This document shows, one piece after another, positions 57,486-64,000 of a DNA stretch of 64,000 nucleotides (within the stretch, counting starts at the first letter, position 1; the number at the start of each line of letters is the position of its first letter). Position numbers and translations under genes: made by a program. This stretch comes from a virus. The stretch covers positions 1,580 to 65,579 of IMG/VR virus record IMGVR_UViG_3300009702_000025; one strand, given 5' to 3'. The notes under the pieces were generated by a model, which did not search any database, was not told the DNA's origin, and saw only the letters and a program-made list of their open reading frames with translations.

Positions 57486-57657
57486 AGCTGCTCTGCTGGC
57501 TTCCCCCCTCCCTCTAAGCTGGCAGACAGGGCGAGAGGAGCACCAACCACGCGTCACAGGTGTTTCCTCTCGACATTATCTCTCACCCATTGTAAAGTCA
57601 CGATGCGAAATTCATGCGTCAGAATATAATTCGACAACTCTTTACTTGCAATGGGTA
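57486..57657 (+). ncRNA. Candidate sRNA: three hairpins, the first with a C-rich anti-SD loop
   Basis: CUGCUGGCU-UCCCCCCUCCCUCUA-AGCUGGCAG; CGAGAGGAGCACC/GGUGUUUCCUCUCG; ACCCAUUGUAAAG/CUUUACUUGCAAUGGGU; G-U pairs on the plus strand. Confidence 0.45.
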
Positions 57658-57768
57658 ATGCGGTGCATATGAGAAGATGGATGTAGTAGAGGGGAATGAA
57701 AGTAATTTACTGCCTCAAGATTGGATATCTATGACGGCAGAGAATGGAAAAGTGGAAGCGAGGGTACT

Positions 57769-57999
57769 ATGTCATTTTACAGAGATAAAGACTATGAGAA
57801 GGATGAGTATCAAGTCTTCGTAATCGCACTTAGTGATAGTGGTAAAGCTATACAGTGTTGCACGGAAGATGACGAAGAAATGGCTAATACTTTCTGGCTT
57901 CCCATGTCGCAAATCGAAGTCGTAGATGTCGGTGAAGAGGGCACCGTCTGGACAGTCGAAGTCCCTCAGTGGCTTGCCGAGGATAAAGGCATGTGTTGA
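57769..57999 (+). CDS. Hypothetical acidic protein
   Basis: GAGGG RBS before ATG 57769; FWLPMSQI..VEVPQWLAEDKGM. Confidence 0.7.
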   Translation: MSFYRDKDYEKDEYQVFVIALSDSGKAIQCCTEDDEEMANTFWLPMSQIEVVDVGEEGTVWTVEVPQWLAEDKGMC

Positions 58000-58014
58000 C
58001 AGGAGAGAGTAGTA

Positions 58015-58248
58015 ATGGACCCGAAGACTTGGCTGATGATTATCCTTCTGCTTCCGGCTGAAGCTGGTACAGAAGTACCGAACATGAAGACTATCGAGAC
58101 AACCGAACGGCAGTGTCGTGCTTATGTAGACAACACTGGTGGCCCAATCCAGCGCGGTTCTCCTATACTGGTATCCTGTGTATCACCAGAAGGTGAAGTT
58201 TATAAGAATTGGGAAATAAAGTTTGTCCAAGCAAAGCAAAAAGAATGA
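58015..58248 (+). CDS. Hypothetical protein (77 aa)
   Basis: AGGAG RBS. Confidence 0.6.
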   Translation: MDPKTWLMIILLLPAEAGTEVPNMKTIETTERQCRAYVDNTGGPIQRGSPILVSCVSPEGEVYKNWEIKFVQAKQKE

Positions 58249-58522
58249 GGCGGACAACTCTGAGTTGGGAGTAACCGACTTTTGCAATAACTGTTTGTTC
58301 TTCGGTGAGTACGATCCGAATGCACCGACCGGGCATTGCAGATTTCGGTTCCCTCAAACTATACCGCACCCGCATAGACGCGAGAATGGTGGGCAGTCGT
58401 GGCAGACAGGTTGGCCGAGCGTAGAGCGGACGGACTGGTGCGGAGATCATGAGCCGTCGCACAAGGTAGTGAAGTCAGCGCGACGTGTGTCAAGGAGATT
58501 AAATAGTGAGCGTGAGAACTAA
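58223..58522 (+). CDS. Small Cys-rich protein
   Basis: CNNCLFF...GHCRFRFP...WPSVERTDWCGDHE. Confidence 0.6.
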   Translation: MSKQSKKNEADNSELGVTDFCNNCLFFGEYDPNAPTGHCRFRFPQTIPHPHRRENGGQSWQTGWPSVERTDWCGDHEPSHKVVKSARRVSRRLNSEREN

Positions 58523-61157
58523 GGGACGTGTACGTAGAGGGAAACAGTCGAAGGTCATAGTTAAAAACAACTGTGACAACTGCCCCTTCAACTCACGTAC
58601 TGTTGGTACTCGCGGGAACCCTAAAAGTAGATTAGTCGTTGTAGGTGAGAGCCCAGGTTCTACGGAAGTCAGAGTAGGCGCACCTTTTGTAGGCCCTAGC
58701 GGCCAATTCCTTGATACTCTTCTTGAAAAAGTCGGCATTCACGAAGAGCCCTTTTATACGAATGCATTCTCCTGTCTCCCTCCACGGTCGAACAAGGAGA
58801 AAAAAGATCAGCTTATCAACGAAGCCTGCAAAGCGTGCTCCACTCGATTGATCGAAGAGATCACATCCCATCCACGCAAACTGATCGTGGCTATGGGGAA
58901 CGCTGCTCTACGGACGCTGACCGGCAACTACAACAGCTACATCACACAAGAGCGCGGTGTTCTACATGCTTCCAATCTGGCCACGGTTGGATTAATCCCG
59001 TGCTTCCATCCAGCCCACATTCTGCGTAACGAAGGTCTGTATCCGCAAGCCCTGTCGGACATGCAGAAGATCGCGAAGATCCTTCAAGAAGAGAACATAC
59101 CGAGCGACCCGCGATACACATACAAAGTACTTTCCAAGGGCAGTGACCTCAAAGCACTAGCCCAAAAGTGCAACAAAGCAGGGGAAGTATCAGCCGACAT
59201 TGAAACTACTGGTCTGAGACGTTTCGATGATGAGTTCATGTGCATTGGGTTAACTCCTATGCCCATACCTCCTCATACATCTAAACAACGGATAGTAGTC
59301 TACATAATTGAAGGTCTTAGCGACTTTAAGAAGTTCCTAAAGTACATAAAAAGTAGTGTGGAGTGGGTTTGGCATAACGGCAAATTCGATTGCACATTCA
59401 TGTGGGCACAGGACAGTTGGATCACAAAGGAGCGCGTACGTATCGATGGAGATACGATGCTGCTCTCCTACTGTCTGGATGAGAACAAAGGCCGTCACGG
59501 CCTCGAACGCTGCATCATGGATTGGTTGGGCGTGCCTGGTTACAAGGACATGCTTGGGGACTACACGAAGATTGGTTCCGACATACACAAGAAAGTCAAT
59601 GTTTCAATGAAGAAGAAAGAGTTTCCTACACATGAAGGGGCGCTCGAATATTGGACACATGAAGTTACGAAGGACAAGGAAGGTATCACGGATGCTATGC
59701 GCGCCCAATATGCACGGGTAGGCTATCCAAAGAAGGCATTTGCCCTTGTGCCAAAGGCAATCCTGAATGACTATCTTGCTAAGGATGTTGTTTATACTGG
59801 TTGGCTGAAGATCAAGCTGCAACCTATGATTTACAATGATCCGCACCTCAAGTCTTTATACTGGGACATGCTGGTCCCTGCTTCTAACGCACTAGGGAGG
59901 GTGGAACTTAATGGTATCCCAATTGACCAAGATCAAGTTCGAAGGAGTGAAAGCGACCTCCTTGCAGGGATCGGACCTTACCTTAATAATTTACGACGAC
60001 TTACAGGAAAGTCCGACTTTAACCCCAACTCTCAGCCTCAAGTTATGGCTGCGCTCACAACTGGAGATGAAAAGAAAGGGATTAAGGGCAGAGGACTTAA
60101 ACTCAAGAAGTCGGATGCAGATACACTTGAGCCACTTAAAGACGACGACGAGTTTGTCAAAGCGCTCATGGAATATCGAGGAAGGCAGAAACTCCTTGGT
60201 ACATACATCAAACCTTACAAGCCCGGACATGGAAAGTCTATCCCCGGACTGCTTGAACGAGGCCGTATTAACACTTCGTACCTTATCCACGGAACTGTTA
60301 CCGGCAGACTTAGCTCTAGCGGACCAAATGTTCAGAACGTTCCCAAGGTCAAGATCATTCGAAGGATCGTCAAAGCACCAAAGGGAAGAATATTCGTCTC
60401 CCTCGACTACAGTCAAGCAGAACTCAGATCACTTGGCGTACTATCAGGAGATGAAGGACTTCTTAGCATTTTTAGATCAGGTCAGGACTTGCATACCGCC
60501 GTGGCAGCACAAGTATTTGGAGAAGATTTTACAGGACTTGACAAGTCCGACGAGAAGCAAGCCTTCAAATGGAAAGAAATCAGAAGATACGCTAAGACTA
60601 TCAACTTTGGCGTTGTTTATGGCGTCACAGCACCAACGCTTGCTGAGAGATTGGGAATTACCGTTGAAATTGCACAATCGCTCATTGATGACTGGTTCAA
60701 AAGCTTCCCAGTCGCGAAAGAGTTCATGGAGGACACGCGGGATGTACGTGAACAGACGCTCATAACCGTCTTTGGACGTAAGCGCCGGTTCCATATTCTG
60801 ACTGGTCAGAACCAGTACGGTCTAGCCAATGAAAGCGGGAACTTCCTGCACCAGTCCATGTGCTCTGACTTCACATTGGAGAGTGCAATCATCCTGTCTG
60901 ATGTCGTGCCGACACTCCCCGGCAACCCAATGCAGATCAACATCATTCACGATGACAACATGTTCGAGATCGACCGTAACAAGAAAGCGGTCATCAAACT
61001 AATTAAAACGGTTAGCAAGACTATGCAGAATGTCCCGCCTTCAATGGGTATTGATGCTATCCCATTCACTGTTGATGCTTCTATCGGTGAGAACTGGGCA
61101 GACCTCAAAGACATCCGCATGGACTTACTGGACCAAGGAAAACTGGTGATACAATAA
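58506..61157 (+). CDS. polA: Family A DNA polymerase with N-terminal family-4 uracil-DNA glycosylase-like domain and 3'-5' exonuclease
   Basis: UDG: VVGESPG, PFVGPSG, HPAHILR; exonuclease: DIETTGL, HNGKFD, DVVYT; polymerase: TGRLSSSGPNVQN, DYSQAELR, RRYAKTINFGVVYG, IHDD. Confidence 0.95.
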   Translation: MSVRTKGRVRRGKQSKVIVKNNCDNCPFNSRTVGTRGNPKSRLVVVGESPGSTEVRVGAPFVGPSGQFLDTLLEKVGIHEEPFYTNAFSCLPPRSNKEKKDQLINEACKACSTRLIEEITSHPRKLIVAMGNAALRTLTGNYNSYITQERGVLHASNLATVGLIPCFHPAHILRNEGLYPQALSDMQKIAKILQEENIPSDPRYTYKVLSKGSDLKALAQKCNKAGEVSADIETTGLRRFDDEFMCIGLTPMPIPPHTSKQRIVVYIIEGLSDFKKFLKYIKSSVEWVWHNGKFDCTFMWAQDSWITKERVRIDGDTMLLSYCLDENKGRHGLERCIMDWLGVPGYKDMLGDYTKIGSDIHKKVNVSMKKKEFPTHEGALEYWTHEVTKDKEGITDAMRAQYARVGYPKKAFALVPKAILNDYLAKDVVYTGWLKIKLQPMIYNDPHLKSLYWDMLVPASNALGRVELNGIPIDQDQVRRSESDLLAGIGPYLNNLRRLTGKSDFNPNSQPQVMAALTTGDEKKGIKGRGLKLKKSDADTLEPLKDDDEFVKALMEYRGRQKLLGTYIKPYKPGHGKSIPGLLERGRINTSYLIHGTVTGRLSSSGPNVQNVPKVKIIRRIVKAPKGRIFVSLDYSQAELRSLGVLSGDEGLLSIFRSGQDLHTAVAAQVFGEDFTGLDKSDEKQAFKWKEIRRYAKTINFGVVYGVTAPTLAERLGITVEIAQSLIDDWFKSFPVAKEFMEDTRDVREQTLITVFGRKRRFHILTGQNQYGLANESGNFLHQSMCSDFTLESAIILSDVVPTLPGNPMQINIIHDDNMFEIDRNKKAVIKLIKTVSKTMQNVPPSMGIDAIPFTVDASIGENWADLKDIRMDLLDQGKLVIQ

Positions 61158-61158
61158 G

Positions 61159-61422
61159 ATGACTAAAGAGAAAACAAAAACAGTTCGTTGCTTTACTTTC
61201 GGACAAGACCACATGTCGAGTTACGCTTTACCTCGCGGCGGGCGACTTGCTGACTATTGGGTAGCGGTGGAAGCTAGCGAAGGTCATCGTGAGCATTTTA
61301 TTGAACACTTTATGTCCTGTTACTGTCCTAGACTGACACAGTTCGCTATGGAATATGATGAAGGTGACTTAATTACTGAGTACTTTCCCGGTGGAGAGTT
61401 ATGTAGGATCACAGCAACATGA
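61159..61422 (+). CDS. Hypothetical protein (87 aa)
   Basis: Directly follows polA; FTFGQDH. Confidence 0.7.
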   Translation: MTKEKTKTVRCFTFGQDHMSSYALPRGGRLADYWVAVEASEGHREHFIEHFMSCYCPRLTQFAMEYDEGDLITEYFPGGELCRITAT

Positions 61423-61570
61423 CTAAGATTATAAGAATAGTAGAGCCAGAAGATGGTTTTCAAGAAATAATAGATGGTAAAGTAGTAATACTTTGTGATT
61501 GCGCATATACAGATAAATGTCCTCAAGGGAAAAAGAAAGAATTAAAACTAGTTCTATCTAGTAAGAGGTA

Positions 61571-61918
61571 GTGAAAATGACAAATTGGGTAGATATAGTA
61601 GACAAGGATGGGAAGCTACTAGGAGAAGTTGCGTATAACATACGTTGTAGAACTCGCTGGCCAATACATGGTGAAGTCCTTGAATTTGATGCTTCTCCTA
61701 GAAATGAAGAAGTGTCCTTTGACCCTTCAGTACCAGGAAATCCTACAACGCTATGCCTTAAAAGAGCTAGTTTTAGGTGGTTCCACCAACGTGTAGTTAA
61801 GTATGGACGGGAACATGGGTACTGGGTACTTATGGCTCAGCACGTTCCCGATAGTTTCTGGTCAAGTAGTAATGAAACCGTAAAGTACTCTTGGAGCTGG
61901 AGTTACAGAGAAGGATAA
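61571..61918 (+). CDS. Hypothetical protein (115 aa)
   Basis: GAGG RBS. Confidence 0.6.
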   Translation: MKMTNWVDIVDKDGKLLGEVAYNIRCRTRWPIHGEVLEFDASPRNEEVSFDPSVPGNPTTLCLKRASFRWFHQRVVKYGREHGYWVLMAQHVPDSFWSSSNETVKYSWSWSYREG

Positions 61919-61986
61919 AATTGAAGAGAGACAAGAAAGAGAAGGGTTGTTAAAAACATACGAAGAGACTGGTAAGGTTTATAAAC

Positions 61987-62709
61987 ATGTCCGATGATAT
62001 AGAACCACTTGAAATTAAAGCAGAGCACACGTATCTGCCGGTACTTCAGGATGTCGAAGTGACTGAACGTGATCGACCTCTCATTTGGGTAAAGAGACGG
62101 GTACGTGTTGACTTGCGTCCTGAAGTTAGATCGAGTGCTTCAGGCTTCAGTGCAACGTCAGGCTCTATTGAGCATTCTCTTCATACTACATGGGAGGGCA
62201 TGATATCACGTTGCTACAACCCATCAGACAGTTCGTATAAGAACTATGGTGCTATTGGTGTGTTCGTAGATGCACGTTGGAGAAGCGTGGAGATGTTTGT
62301 ACAAGACGTAATGAAAATACCGAACTGGCAAAACAAAGAAATGGATGTGGGTAAGTACCAGATTGATAAGGATTATTACGGATCGAATTGCTATTCACAT
62401 GATACTTGTGTATGGTTGCACATCTCAGAAAACGCTATCTACAGAACTGGAGTTTACCCCATAGCCCTAGTTAGCCCGAATGATGAAGTTACTTACCACC
62501 TTAATGCACAAGGTGCTGCGGACCACATGAAGGTTTCAGAAAAGCAGGTACGTAACATGCTCGCTCGCAGAAATACGAAAATGGGTAGGGATGGATGGCG
62601 TGCTCTATACATTGATGCTAAAGAGTATGTGCTTCGCCGTGCGTTCGTGAGTACGTTTCCTCAACCACTACTTGTCACTGACATAGATGACAGAGTTTCA
62701 CATGTTTGA
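61987..62709 (+). CDS. HNH-type homing-endonuclease-like protein
   Basis: WEGMISRCYNP...YKNYGAIGV.V..RW...F, IDKD....Y....CVW....EN; possible C-terminal DNA-binding HTH. Confidence 0.75.
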   Translation: MSDDIEPLEIKAEHTYLPVLQDVEVTERDRPLIWVKRRVRVDLRPEVRSSASGFSATSGSIEHSLHTTWEGMISRCYNPSDSSYKNYGAIGVFVDARWRSVEMFVQDVMKIPNWQNKEMDVGKYQIDKDYYGSNCYSHDTCVWLHISENAIYRTGVYPIALVSPNDEVTYHLNAQGAADHMKVSEKQVRNMLARRNTKMGRDGWRALYIDAKEYVLRRAFVSTFPQPLLVTDIDDRVSHV

Positions 62710-63169
62710 TTTCATTGACCGCAACAGATACGTATTTATTATCTGTGGATTAGTAGGGGTACTGTTTGGCATGTGGATCACTAACTACTTGTGGGGATGG
62801 AACAAACAATACGAGTTTAACTATGATAGAATTGATTTCGAAAAGATGTTCCATACTACTATTGACGTAGTTGATGGAGACACCATACGAGTATTTGGAA
62901 AACCGGCTCGTATAGTAGGTATAGATACTCCTGAGATATGGAGTGCAAAGTGTAACACGGAGCGGCGGGAAGGCTACGCTGCCAGCAGTAAGTTGTTGGC
63001 ACTAATAAGGAGCGGTCCTGTCAGATTGAAGTGGGAAAAGGGTAGCGACAAGTATGGCAGACTGTTAGTAAGGATATACGTAAATGGCAGAGACATCTCT
63101 GAAACAGCAGTTGAGAAAGGCTGGGCGAGAAAATATGACGAAAAATCAAGACGTAAAGGCTGGTGCTGA
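62702..63169 (+). CDS. Thermonuclease (SNase-like) with N-terminal TM anchor
   Basis: VVDGDTIRV, RIVGIDTPE, DKYGRLL, VEKGWAR. Confidence 0.88.
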   Translation: MFDFIDRNRYVFIICGLVGVLFGMWITNYLWGWNKQYEFNYDRIDFEKMFHTTIDVVDGDTIRVFGKPARIVGIDTPEIWSAKCNTERREGYAASSKLLALIRSGPVRLKWEKGSDKYGRLLVRIYVNGRDISETAVEKGWARKYDEKSRRKGWC

Positions 63170-63500
63170 GCCGCAAGTGCAACAGCAGCAACCTAGCTCA
63201 ACAATGTACCAACAGCAACAGGTCCAACGTCGTGTGGACACGCGCTATGGTGAGCCGATCAGCTCACGCTTCACTCGCAGTGGCGGTGTAATCGTACTGG
63301 TCTATCAAGAAGATGGTCGCGCTGAAGAAGAAGCCTTCTCCAACGTGGCTGACTATACAGCTTGGCTCCACCAGCAGTACGGTGCGCCGAGATCATTTGG
63401 TGGGGGAGAGTGTGAAAGATCTCCTACACCCAAAGCAGCAGGTGCCAATGATTACGGTGGTATACTGAATTTTGGCAGCTTCGTTAAAGGCAGGAGTTAA
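63135..63500 (+). CDS. Hypothetical Gln-rich protein
   Basis: ATG 63135 within a track ORF. Confidence 0.6.
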   Translation: MTKNQDVKAGAEPQVQQQQPSSTMYQQQQVQRRVDTRYGEPISSRFTRSGGVIVLVYQEDGRAEEEAFSNVADYTAWLHQQYGAPRSFGGGECERSPTPKAAGANDYGGILNFGSFVKGRS

Positions 63501-63504
63501 AAGC

Positions 63505-64000
63505 ATGGTTACAGAGACTTACACGGAGACGTACATAGAAGATCGATATACGCACCAGAAAGTGCAATTGGTCTCTGTGACCAAGCCCGTTATCAGTTTG
63601 TCAGCAAGCGATATTCCTATGGAAGGCCGCACGACAACGCGGCTTACGGCTGAAGACCTGATTGCCTATTGTGCAAGGGTCTCTAACCCGGCTAACCAAC
63701 ACAACTTGCAGAGCGGTCCCAAACTAGTAGACTACCTTGTTCGTAATAACCACTGGTCTCCACTTGAAATGGTCCATGCTACTGTGGAAATTGTTACTAC
63801 TCGTGATATAGCTAGGCAAATACTTCGTCACCGAAGTTTCTCATTCCAAGAGTTCTCGCAACGCTATGCGGAAGTCGTGGACATAGTAGATACTCGTGAG
63901 GCCCGGCTCCAAGATCATCAGAACCGTCAGAGCTCGGTCGATATGGATACGGATAGTGAAGCCGCTCGCTGGTGGCATAACGCCCAGACACAAATTAAGA
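63505..64000 (+). CDS. thyX: FAD-dependent thymidylate synthase, partial (runs off the right end)
   Basis: IAYCARVSNP, HWSPLEM, RDIARQILRHRSFSFQEFSQRYA signature; AGGAG RBS; not in the track. Confidence 0.95.
   Translation, partial: MVTETYTETYIEDRYTHQKVQLVSVTKPVISLSASDIPMEGRTTTRLTAEDLIAYCARVSNPANQHNLQSGPKLVDYLVRNNHWSPLEMVHATVEIVTTRDIARQILRHRSFSFQEFSQRYAEVVDIVDTREARLQDHQNRQSSVDMDTDSEAARWWHNAQTQIK

Noticed and set aside
14060-64000. Genome-wide UGA recoding (alternative genetic code) as the explanation of the MCP stop
   Set aside because: TGA ends other genes at their expected C-termini (nrdJ ...GSTTGCS*, the DUF932 gene), and all other long genes are intact under code 11
1-64000. tRNA genes, integrase, inteins or introns in nrdJ, terL and polA
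   Set aside because: No T-loop/cloverleaf pattern or recombinase motif was noticed, and those genes read as continuous without obvious splicing motifs; tRNAscan-SE and intein HMM searches would be decisive

Overview
64 kb of a tailed dsDNA phage genome (siphovirus-like, HK97-type head). The host is probably an alphaproteobacterium, inferred from the GTA-type tail tip genes and the class II ribonucleotide reductase. Positions 1-20.3 kb (minus strand) are the virion operon: TerL, portal, DUF2213 protease/scaffold, decoration protein, major capsid, neck, tail tube, chaperone with a -1 frameshift, tape measure, and GTA g12-g15-like tail tip genes. NrdJ lies on the plus strand at 21-24.6 kb. A DnaA-domain-IV-like gene and a TerS-like gene lie on the minus strand at 24.7-26.4 kb. 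A plus-strand early/accessory region (26.8-46.9 kb) holds many small hypothetical genes, a 1.2 kb non-coding origin-like stretch and a candidate lysis pair. The 46.9-64 kb segment is replication, recombination and nucleotide metabolism: primase-helicase, RuvC-like resolvase, SNF2-like helicase, MazG, Cas4-like nuclease, Sak4-like ATPase, SSB, UDG-fused family A polymerase, HNH, thermonuclease and ThyX. No tRNA, CRISPR array or integrase was recognised. The most notable observations are an in-frame TGA in the major capsid gene, a ~430 nt structured RNA-like element with two conserved-loop hairpins just upstream of TerL, an anti-Shine-Dalgarno-loop sRNA candidate after the SSB gene, a recurring promoter-associated TTGTGTTA motif, and apparent strong GANTC depletion. 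All product calls come from motif recognition by eye; no database searches were run.
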